Assembly (NCBI GenBank): GCA_964016885.1
Contig: OZ024750.1
Location: 1,674,001-1,738,000 of the forward strand
Direction: 5' to 3'
DNA from: Eledone cirrhosa
Lineage: Eukaryota
Length of the DNA stretch: 64,000 bases
The stretch's first letter is position 1. Each line of letters begins with the position of its first letter. The notes under the pieces were generated by a model, which saw only the letters and a list, made by a program, of their open reading frames with translations, searched no databases and had not been told where the DNA came from. A program made the position numbers and the translations under genes. Positions 52,701-64,000 of the stretch are shown one piece after another.

Positions 52701-53730
52701 AACCATGATAATAGTTAATTATTGTAAGTAGCAGCGCCAGTATATTGTTGACGAAGGTTTTGTTAAGACTCTGGCTAACATATGCCTCCTCAACGGCATT
52801 GAGGAAAATTCTTAGTCTCACGATTGTTCGGCTCTTCGAAATGTAACAAAACTAAATATATAACTGGCAAAAGTTCTCCTCCTTCCAGGCTATGTAAGAT
52901 ATATATGAGAAGGTGTTATTCTTTCACTAGAACCATCTGTTAGTTACTTGATGAAGAATGAAGGTCGATACGATGTCGATATGCATTAATTCACTGCAAT
53001 ATCTCATCAGTTTATTCCGCAGGTCTTTTATTTAATGAAAGGAAACAATTATAACAGTAGTGATAGAGGCACTACACATTGTTGGAGTGATAAATGGTGC
53101 CAACTCACATTGACCTTCGACTAGCAGAGGAAGAGAAGAAGAGATGGAGATTATAAAAGGCTAAAAGTAAGAAAGTATAATAGAGAAGAAGGAGAAGAGC
53201 AAAGCGCAAAGTGAAGCATGAGAACAGATTGAAAGAAGTGAGAAATGAATGAGAGATAAAAAGAGAGAGAGGGTCAGAGAAAGGGAGAAAGAGAGTGTGT
53301 AAGTGATAGAACAGGAAGGAATAAAATGAATGCCAATACAATAATGTTTGGATGAAGGTTATAATTGTGTTCACAGGAATGAATGAGCAATAAGATTAGA
53401 GATCAGATGAGAGATCAGCAGACAATAGATGAAGACTGTGAAATGACAGATAGATTTTATGTACAAATGCCTGCATGTATAAACGAAAGATTAAATTGTG
53501 CTTTTTTTCCTGTGTATTTTCCAAAATGCATTGCCCAAGAGACCACAGTCCAAATGGTCAAGATAGAACGAGTTCATGTTAAATGGTTTATTGTGAACAG
53601 TTTATGATGGAGTGTCAATTACCCATTATTAGGGGTTACGGAATTTACACAGAGAGTATAAAAATGTGCATTTTACCATTATATAAAACAAATATTACAT
53701 AAAATAAACATGGAAGAAAATTTGTGTATA

Positions 53731-53828
53731 AAAATACGAGTATGGAACGAAAGGTGAGAAAGAATAAAATAATTGTTAGGCAAGCTTTGTTATTTTCTTG
53801 ATGAGCTTTCGTTCCATACTTGTATTTT
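53731..53828. repeat. Inverted repeat (23-bp arms, 1 mismatch), probable core of a decayed MITE
   Basis: aaaatacgagtatggaacgaaag / ctttcgttccatacttgtatttt. Confidence 0.8.
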
Positions 53829-54381
53829 ACTCTGAACGTGATGATATCTAATGGCGGAATCCAGTGGTAATATATATGGTAAACTCTTTGTAGATGGTGC
53901 TTCCAAACATTTACATATATTTTCTTAAAAACTGACTGGCTATTTAAGTATAATTATTCTGTTTCTAGTTTTTTTATAAACCTAACTAGATTGTTCTCTG
54001 CAAAATATTAGATATGTGATTTCCTATGATGTTGGCAGTGTGGAGCGCTCTGAGGTCTTGATTTTTAGCTCTAATTCTCTCAAAGAGTCACATGATCGTT
54101 ATATATCATATATCGATCTCTTTTGATATATTTTCTTATCAATGCTCCATCCTGTATGGTTAATATAATGAACTTTGGATGATATAATGATTTATTATGT
54201 ATTCAGTATTGTATCTGATGATACCTGACACAACGTGTCTTATGTTCAGTCATGTGTTAATGGTCTAAAAAAGAAAGAGGTGTTCTGTGAATGATGTCAA
54301 TTTGATATGTGTTCACATCCATGATTTTGAATTCTCAGAAATATTTTATGCATAGGCAATAGTAAGTACTTGGTGAGATAT

Positions 54382-54567
<186 letters not shown>

Positions 54568-54637
54568 TTTTCTATCACGAAAAATAGTAATAACCAATTT
54601 GTGCAAGTTATGAAAAAAAATTGAAGGAATTGCTAAA

Positions 54638-55050
54638 ATTGAGATTCAATTGGATGAATCGATCGCCATTATAAATGCACCTCAATTATTTGTATTTGAT
54701 CCGATGATGCAGCAACAGTGATAGAAAAAACACTGATAAAAACATTGGAAGCTAAATTTAAATCTGCAAGCAATGCATCTTCTAGATTCACTCAGTACAG
54801 GAGTGACCTTAACAATATCTTCTCAGCTAGATACCGTAATACAATATGCAGTTAGAATTATCAACTCTATTAAAAGTCACACACGGAGCAGCTGTTTATT
54901 CGCAAACTTATACAAAGATATAGGAAATTTCCTGCCTACAGAACTGTGATGTGAAAGAGATGACATGTGGAACAATTCTTTTCTGGTTAACATTGGCTTT
55001 ACAAGTTATGCTATCTTTTAGATGTATTTGAGAAACTTTGACAAATAAAC
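54638..55050 (+). pseudogene. hAT Buster/Charlie-type transposase relic with internal deletions
   Basis: IEIQLDESIAIINAPQLFVF, LDTVIQYAVRIINSIKSHTRSSCLFANLYKDIG and WLYKLCYLLDVFEKL match Buster-family QLDESTD, VKIINFIKxRxLNSRLF and WLxxLAYLADIF motifs. Confidence 0.85.
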
Positions 55051-55405
55051 TGTGGAAATATTCAGTATAAAATGTAATATTTCAAATATGTTCATGTATT
55101 GATGAGTGTGTCTCAAAATAATTGAGTTCGAAATATATTAATCAGATCATAATGTGAGAACAATTTATACTGGTTACTTAAAACAATATTAACTCGGGTC
55201 AGCGGGGTCACACAATCATTAGAGCATCACACTCGTCATTAATGATCGATATATCAATGATATAAACGATATATTAATAAAGTAAATACACCAATGTTGT
55301 ACATCTGTTACATGACTACATCTGTTATAGAATAATAATAGTTATGTCACACCCAAATGTTATGTCTGTTCACCAGAGAATTAATATATTTTCTTGATTG
55401 ATGTA

Positions 55406-55490
55406 CGAGGGTCGGCTGAAAAGTTCATAAACTGACCAAGATACTCTCATGGAATTACCAAATGGGGTTTATTTTTCAATATAGTCCTTG
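55406..55490 (+). mobile_element. Mariner-type terminal fragment
   Basis: TA-cgagggtcggctgaaaagttcata is a typical mariner TIR start; no second end found. Confidence 0.7.
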
Positions 55491-55626
55491 GTAGAACCAA
55501 TTAGTAAGAAGAGTTGAAATCAATGCAAACAAGATTTCACAGCTCTAGCATCACTCCTTCAACATTACTGTTGATAGACTGTCTACTCTTGTTGGCATTT
55601 TATTTTTCTTCATCTCTCACATATTT

Positions 55627-55658
<32 letters not shown>

Positions 55659-55677
55659 GTAGTAGTAGTAGTAGCAA

Positions 55678-55726
<49 letters not shown>

Positions 55727-56049
55727 TTGGTAGTATTTGTACTTTTATAGTTTCCTTTATCCATGTACGATTATAGGATAAAAGCTGGCAAGCCTGGTCG
55801 ATTATAGGATAAAGACATGAACGATTACAGTTAAACAAGGCCAGGCAAATGAGAATGAACTTAAATCGCTGGTTGATAGTTTGTTTTTCAATTTACTCTG
55901 GATATACTAAGAAATGTGTAACATGGAATAAAGCAAAGTTATTTTATACCATAGAGCTAGAAGTTAAGGTCCGAAACTCTTGCTTGAGGGTGGGGAGGTT
56001 GTTCTCCTGAAGACCTATTTTACTACCATTTACTACTACTACTACTACT

Positions 56050-56144
<95 letters not shown>

Positions 56145-56667
56145 AGAGAAAGCAAATTATTTTTCAACTCCCGATACGCTGAGAAATATGTAAAATAAGG
56201 TATAAACGAAAGAAAGGTGTTTTATTCTATAGAGATAGACAGAAAGTAAATTACTGAAAAACGTACAACTTTTGTATTTAGTTTGACAAGAAAATGTAGA
56301 GTGTAAGAATCTTTTGTTACCTTCAACTGGCGACTGAGAAAGTTGGTAGAGACTAATGGTGTCAATATAACCAAAAGACAGTACCAGAATTAAAATAATC
56401 CAAACTTAGAAATCTGTAATTAAAATCTGTCTACTGATTAAACTTCGAGAAGACGAGACAGCGAGTGAATAGACACTTGGTCGACGGGCTAGACATAAAA
56501 CCCAATCCCCTTAAGTCAAACCTTCCCATGTAATAAAATGTGGGGAGCGTCACAGCTGGAGTATATTTGATTATATGTCAGCTGGGTCAGGTCAAACGTA
56601 GGGTTAAACAACACCAGAAATATGGGGAACAAATTCTACATAATGTATATTAAGTTATATTCCATCT

Positions 56668-56888
56668 AATAATGGTTTCTGATTTAGACTCAAGACCAAC
56701 AATTTGGGGTGAGGGAAAGTTGATTAAATCGACCCCAGTACGTTACTGGTACGTTATTATATCGACCTCGTAAGGATGAAAGGCAAAGTTGCATCGGTGA
56801 GATTTGAACTCAGAACATACAAGGCTGTAACTCTATGCCACAAAGCATGTTGTCTGACGTTCTACCGATTCTGCCAATCCATCGTCCT
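56668..56888 (-). mobile_element. Full-length SINE, long subfamily
   Basis: gttgattaaatcgaccccagtacgttactggtac...gatttgaactcag...gattctgccaatccatcgtcc. Confidence 0.92.
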
Positions 56889-57964
56889 TAAATACCATTA
56901 AATAATGCCACGAACAAACACGTTTATACAGCATGTGTTTTGTATAATCCTCTTGGTAATTTCTCAAAAAGGAATATGCCTATAGCCGTTGCAATCAAAC
57001 GAATCCCCACCCCCGGGGCAGATGAGATCGTCACTGCTAATATTCTTCCTTGGATGGCTGCAGCTTGAGAACTGCGGGGAAAAGATATGTGCAGTGATGG
57101 AATTTCAAATGTCCGAAGTTCTGGAAAGGAAAAACTGGGTATGATGGTTAGTGCGAACAGTGGGCTTTGAGATCATATGTGAGGAGAGACGAAAGGGAGT
57201 CAGCTCCGAGGAGCAAAGCCCTTCGTAGGAAGGGTAAGAAAGGCAGAGAAAGGAGGTTAAAGGTTTCTAGGGTCCCTCCACAAACTCAAATATATACAAA
57301 ATACCCAAAAGTGCCGCTCCATAAAAATGTCGCCCAGGGCGGACAGTATCTATCAACCCACCCCACTCTATGCTGGCTGCGGTATTGTGAATCCCAGCTG
57401 TGCTTTGGTGAGAATTAATATTGTTTTCTGGTCATGAAGGGGTTGAGTGAGGCCAGTCTTTTAGGTCCAGTTGTGGCTATATTCTAACGAACACAGTCAA
57501 CGTCGTATCACAAAGACTAGTCTTCTTATTTAGACTTTAGTTTGAAAATAATTGTTTCCTCCCATCCAGTTGCTTAGCATTAAATTAAGTGAGTGTCATC
57601 TAAGTCCTCAATACGTAAAGGTTTGATCGATTGCAGAAGTAATTTACCAATATGGAGATAGTTTAGGAGCCCGAGATGATATACATATAATTACGCTTCC
57701 ATACTACGAGATACCTTCAACTCTTTTTAATGTAAAGTCCGTGTATTTTAGACTAATAATTAACAAATCTATTTCTACTGTTGCTCATTTACTCTTGTGT
57801 TATGTCTTTCACTCTCTCTCTCACTCTCTCTTTCTAGTTAGGTCTTTATGTGTTATGTCTTTCACTTATGTCTCTCTCTCTCTATTTTTCGAGTTACGTC
57901 TTTATATGTTGTCTTTCACTTATGTATTCATCTCTCTCACTAGTTACGTATTCATGTGTTATGG

Positions 57965-58001
<37 letters not shown>

Positions 58002-58796
58002 GAGTTACCTCTTTATGTTTTCTCGTTACACTTTATTATATTATACAACTATAGCTTTATCTATTTCCGTCCTTCTGTCTCCTTAATTTACTCTACATCT
58101 CTATGTTTCATTATCTAATACATATAGTCCTCTGTTTATATACAAGCTGATTATTTTCCAGAATGCTGCAGAGGTGGTTATATGTAACATTAGCAGTTTA
58201 TCTTGGAATGTCATTTATTTGTGGAGATGTTTTTAACGTATCATATTTTAAATGATGTTTTTGGTTTCATCAACGAATATATATTTCAAATGTTCAACAA
58301 TTGTCACCTTACTCATCACATATTTTATCTTCTAAATACTCATTCAATATGTCTTCCTTTTTTCCGTCGCTCTTACATTTGGAGTGGTAACAAGTTTCTC
58401 GGTTGACAGTTTCTCACTTGTTTTCACGTCTTAGTCACGAAATTTCACCGAAAACTAATCAAGCATGAGACATGTTTGTAATAATACTCATATGCATCGC
58501 AGAATTTCTATTTCTTGGTTGAGTTCAAATTATTCTACCTATCTGATTGTTGTAGAGCTTTCTAATGAACCAATCAATGGTTCATTGCGTTCTTGATGAG
58601 GAAAATGGCAATTCGAGCGGAACAGATATTACAGATATCTCTATTTGCAAATACCGCTTTATAGGTTTACTCCTTGATATACATCGATGACAGATATTTA
58701 TATACAAACGTGTCTACACTTCGTACAGGCACATACACACATATACCAACACACAGACACGTATGACGGGTTTCCAAACACAGCGCAATGGGATCA

Positions 58797-59128
<332 letters not shown>

Positions 59129-59294
59129 TAATACATATATATATATATATGTATGTATTATATATGTGTGTCTGCATGTGTGTGCTTATGTATGCAGTCC
59201 TGTAAGTGTCCAATGATATATTTGCTTAAGTTATACAAAGGAACGTGTAAGGGGAAATATTTATCCAATGAAGTTGTGTCGTTGTGGGAAGAGT

Positions 59295-59327
59295 TTCCAA
59301 CGTTTCCGACAAAACCATTCTTCGGGA
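59295..59327 (-). ncRNA. Degenerate minimal hammerhead-like relic
   Basis: Reverse complement tc-CCGAAGA-atggttttgtcg-GAAAC-GTT-GGA: one mismatch to CUGAAGA, palindromic AACGTT stem III; stems I and II are poor. Confidence 0.35.
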
Positions 59328-59424
59328 GGTGAGAAAGTATTTCATCGTAGTTAAACACGAGAGTAAAACTCACTGGAAACTGTTTCTAGTTTCTCTGTAG
59401 TCTATATGTTTTAGCTATAGAAAA

Positions 59425-59501
<77 letters not shown>

Positions 59502-59543
59502 CTTATTTGTACTGCCTTTCTGTTTTTGTTCCCGTCTAAGTTT

Positions 59544-59598
<55 letters not shown>

Positions 59599-60297
59599 AT
59601 ATTCATGTATGTCTGTGCTTTTTATCTCTGCTAGTCTAAAGCCGTCTGAGCAGAACTGCGTATATATGTTTTAGAAAAAAAATATTCAAAGAATCTCCAA
59701 TTGTTTAGTTGCATTCAAACTAACATGGAAATTGCTTAGAATCCATTTTAGATGTTTAATGCTTGTTACAAGAAAATACGAAGGTTACTGGTGTAAACAT
59801 ACACTAAGATTACAAGATTAAATGTCGAAATTGTCCTTAACCTGAAATTAGGCTAAAATATTGGCTAGTACGAATCAAGGGCAAATAATTGTCGACGTTA
59901 AACTATTGTCTCGAGAGACAGTGTTTTTAAAGTCACATGACAATTAGATATCTAAGCTTGTTTTTAGTTGCTATATGTATGATATACAGAACGTGTTCAT
60001 ACTGAGAGAAATCACGAGTGTCTGTACATCTGTCAGTGTATTATATGTTATGAGAGTTGATATTTATTTACATGTAATGAGACAGATGAGTAAATAGACA
60101 AATCTGATAGCTTCAATTATAGAGAGATAATGAATACTAATGTAACTTAGAATTGGACTGTCAAATATCCAGATGTTTTTTACATCTGTTTGTATACCAA
60201 ATGGACGAAGTATTTATTTATAAATAAAATACTGAGAGACAATACACATACACACTTATATATATATGTATATATATGTATATATATATATATAATA

Positions 60298-60337
<40 letters not shown>

Positions 60338-60518
60338 ACTGCTCTGTAAAACAACTGATGTTATTACATTGAGCTATTTATCTTACTGGTAATAAGATAG
60401 TAATGAATGACTATCTTTCACTATTTGGGGTTTGTATATAAAAAATATATAACCATAAAAGGTTTTATTATATACATAACCATAAATAGTATCCTTAATA
60501 CTATATATATATATATAT

Positions 60519-60626
60519 AACGAAGGAAATGTGGTAAGGAACCAGATGGACCATAATGCACCAAAGTACTCAATACTTAGGGTAGTAGAGTGGGTAATAG
60601 GAACGAATAGGACCCCGACGTTCCTA
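60519..60626 (-). mobile_element. Family B element, short copy
   Basis: Tail then taggaac...ggaccccgac and short inverted gttccta; TA on both sides. Confidence 0.82.
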
Positions 60627-60648
60627 TATATATATATATATATATATA

Positions 60649-60797
60649 CTGCGAAACCGGTAATGGAACCAAATAAATATATATATATTATTTTAAAAGA
60701 CTCCAGTTGCATTTTCGATTTCATCTTTTTTCCTTATACTTTCACGTGTAGGACACCACACCTTGTTTTTTTATTCATTTTGTAAAAAAAAACTCAC

Positions 60798-60803
<6 letters not shown>
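60649..60803 (+). mobile_element. TA-flanked fragment starting with a hammerhead-like 3' half (third family)
   Basis: ctgc-GAAAC-CG-GTA-atgg...aataaa, then a pyrimidine-rich tail and (TA)n. Confidence 0.4.
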
Positions 60804-60837
<34 letters not shown>

Positions 60838-60862
60838 ATGTGTGTGTGTGTATATATATATA

Positions 60863-61166
60863 TGTAGTGACCTACATTCCGCGGGGCTCACATACATTCT
60901 CTGTGCGTGATTTGGCTCAGTTCAGCCAATCAGCGCCAGTAGAAGAGGATGTATCCCTACGCGCCCTGAGGAAGAAATTCCCCGCGAAGATTTGAAGAAT
61001 CTCTCTCTTGTACCAGAAACTTCGAACCAGCAACACGCATAATGTAACGTTGAGATTTTGCACCCTAGCCTCGCCGGCTTAACGGCGCAATGGCACATTC
61101 CCTTTTGTAACCTCTTCTTATCTGTAACTTCAACCATATAAGTTAACAAACATTGTTTGTACTACA
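60863..61166 (+). mobile_element. Probable solo LTR (304 bp)
   Basis: TGTAGT...ACTACA inverted termini, GC-richer interior with agccaatcagc CCAAT box; no TSD visible. Confidence 0.55.
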
Positions 61167-61483
61167 TCAAAAATAAACATACATTTCATCTCTAATTACT
61201 GCTGTTGAAATCATTATTATGTTACTCGTGTCTCAATAACATCTATAATCCATGCTGCTGGAATTGGCAACCTGACGAAAGGAATATTGTAAATAGATCG
61301 AGGGACCTTCCCTCACGTCTATGTCAACAAGATAATCCAACGAGGATACTATCACTTACCACACTGGCAACTAACGACCACTGATTCTACCACCCTGCAT
61401 GATATTTATATACATAATATATATATATACATACATATGTATGCATAGCATATTTAGTGTGGAATAGTGCTCGATAGAACCTG

Positions 61484-61712
61484 AGGCGGCGGGTATTGAA
61501 TTGTGGAAAAGCCTTAGAGCGTCAGACAAAATGTCTCAGGGGTATAGAGTTATGACCCTTTACGTTCTGATTTCAAATCTCAGGGAGATCATCTTTGTCT
61601 TTCAACCATCTATATTCGATTATATAACGTATCAATCAAGGTACTGAAGTTGGTATAAGCGACTATACCCCTCCCTAAAAATGTCTGACCTGTCCTTATG
61701 TTAGAAATCAAT
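61484..61712 (+). mobile_element. Decayed SINE, long subfamily
   Basis: gaggcggcggg...agagcgtcagacaaaatg...ttacgttctgatttcaaatctc...tagaaatcaat. Confidence 0.78.
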
Positions 61713-62366
61713 ATCTTTAGAGTCATTGATAGCTATTTTGCCCATTCGGTAACTTATTTGTGGAAAAATAACATTTAATTCAGTATAGTGAAACGCTTCT
61801 ACTTATCCATCCATTTTACAAATCCTTTTGAGCAACCAACTAAGTATTAAAACGTCTGAAAAAGTTTATGATGAAATGTTACCGCCTTAATATTTTAATA
61901 TGGAAGCAAATTCTGTCTGATATGATCTAAACACTCTTTGACATGTGAAATACCAAACAAAGTAGATGTCTAGCAACATATATAATATACAATGGCTAAT
62001 GGTCTGCCATTTCAGTGTAGGTTTATGCTTTCCTTGCTCCGTCCGACACACTTTCAGCTGTAATATGTTGAGTGTTTGTTTTGTTTATCTGATTCTTCGG
62101 TTTCGTGTTATATTTTGAATAATAAAACAAGCAGATGTAGTGAGATTCCATCTGGAAAGAAGATGTTTTAAACTCAGGTTAACGTACTAACAAATCATTA
62201 TAGAGTGTAAATATAACACCCTATAAAATATTTAAACATCGACTGAGTGAGACAGCTGGCTGATTTATAAAGGTAGGGTGTAGTTAATAAATAAACGAAT
62301 AGACAGATAATCAAATATACTCACTCAAACACATACAAATAAACACACAGACACACACATACACAT

Positions 62367-62470
<104 letters not shown>

Positions 62471-62904
62471 TGATTGATTGATTGAGAAAGAAAGAGGGGA
62501 ATAGTAACAGCTAGAGATAGATTTTCAAATAAAATTACACACACACATACAAACTCATACAAGCACACACACACACACACATATATATATATACATATAT
62601 ATATCATCTTTAATAAGGAGAATCTATAAACACCCACCTTATAGAAATAGGTTAGTATTGTAGTAGAGTTATGAATTTTTTGGGGGTCGCTTTTCTCTCT
62701 AAGTTCACATCCCATCACACAATTTTACCTTTTCTATACAGCTCCCAAGGTTTGCATGAAATAACCCATGATATACCGGATGTTATTTCAACAAGCTACA
62801 CACGTTTCCTATAAACGACAGGGGTTTCATTAACTGTCAGACCTCAATATCATTCTAAGAGAACGACGGAAAAATGAAATATCTCCTATTTAATCATATG
62901 CCAT

Positions 62905-63060
62905 TACGTTTGATTTCAAATCCAGTCGAGGTCACCTGGCCCTTTTATCCTTCCTGGCGTCAATAAAATAACTAAGTACCAGTCAAGTACTAGAGTCGAT
63001 TTATCCGATTATATTCTTGCCTGAACTTAGTGACATTGTCTCTATACTAGAAACTATCAT
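62905..63060 (+). mobile_element. Decayed 5'-truncated SINE
   Basis: ttcaaatccagtcgaggtc...taagtaccagtcaagtactagagtcgatt. Confidence 0.75.
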
Positions 63061-63515
63061 TAAAGTATTGTTGGTGACCCTCATGGCTATAGTTCATTAA
63101 ACAAACATAGTTAATGGCTCATTAAGCATAGACGAGAAAATATTTTTGACGAAAACTCAATAAATAAAAAATAGGTAAACACAAACAAAATTAATGATAG
63201 GGAGGATATTTTACTGGAGAATATAGCAAATCCTACCAGAATAAAGATCATTTCCACTTTAAATTAAATCTTTTAATTAGTCTGATTTTTGATTAATAAA
63301 AAGGCTTCCTTTTATCAAAGTTCATGTTAGTATTGAAGCTATTAATCGAAATTAATAATTATTTCTAGGTTCATAATTTCAAACCAGAAGATAATGTTCT
63401 ATTTCCGGAGTTACATATATAAATGAAACTACTAATTACTATAAAACCTTGAACATTTCAACGCTTCCAATAAAATATTTAATCAAGAAATATACACACA
63501 CGCATGCACACACAC

Positions 63516-63594
<79 letters not shown>

Positions 63595-63749
63595 TGACAA
63601 TAGAGAGTTGGGGAGGAACCTAACTCTGGAAAGTTGGTCCAGGTGTGTTTTGGATGCTATGATGTGAAAGGGAGGTAGTGAAGGAAGACCTTACTTTTGA
63701 AATATATATCAGTTTCTAGTTTTGTGTTTCTTGTTATTATTTTATCTAA

Positions 63750-63935
63750 TGGCAGTGGATTGTCAGAATCTGTGGAGCATTGGACAATATACTGGCATAT
63801 AGTTACATTCTTTTACGTTCTGAGTTCTAATTCCGCTGGGATTAACTTTGGCTTTCATCCTTACAAGGTCGCTAAATAAAATAGCAGTAACGCACTGGGG
63901 AGTGATTTAATCAGCTTTCTCCTTCCCCCAAATCC
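63750..63935 (+). mobile_element. Decayed SINE, long subfamily
   Basis: ggcagtggattgtcagaatc...gagttctaattcc...ggctttcatccttacaaggtcg. Confidence 0.82.
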
Positions 63936-64000
63936 TTGTCCTGATCAATTATCAGTGACTCATCCTTATTTTCTTCTTCAGAGATTGTTCCTCAAGGCTA

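Noticed and set aside
52212-52706. 164-aa non-repetitive ORF
   Set aside because: Spans a TSD-bounded MITE and lies antisense to an RTE relic; incidental.

Overview
AT-rich, microsatellite-dense eukaryotic non-coding DNA (intronic or intergenic). The dominant tRNA-derived SINE, the mariner/hAT/R4 relics and the (TA)n/(GA)n/(CA)n load point to a coleoid cephalopod (Octopus-like) genome; this is an inference from repeat content. No intact protein-coding gene is supportable: all long ORFs are read-through of tandem repeats, and only a few isolated exon-like segments are flagged at low confidence. Contents: about 25 copies of one SINE in two subfamilies; decayed LINE relics (R4/Dong, RTE, L1/Tx1-like) and hAT transposase relics; several MITEs; a probable solo LTR; a 6.7-kb 10-bp satellite with a 1948-bp higher-order repeat; and 24-, 27-, 30-, 43-, 45- and 60-bp minisatellites. 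The most interesting signal is a set of short (TA)n-embedded fold-back elements from at least two sequence families. Their arms are the 3' half of a Penelope-type hammerhead ribozyme (GAAAC-stem III with palindromic loop-GUH-stem I). They fold back at the predicted stem II, lack the CUGANGA box on both strands, and share a TATYGAGTAC tail motif. A second highlight is a TSD-bounded SINE whose 45-bp A-box head is amplified 10 times.
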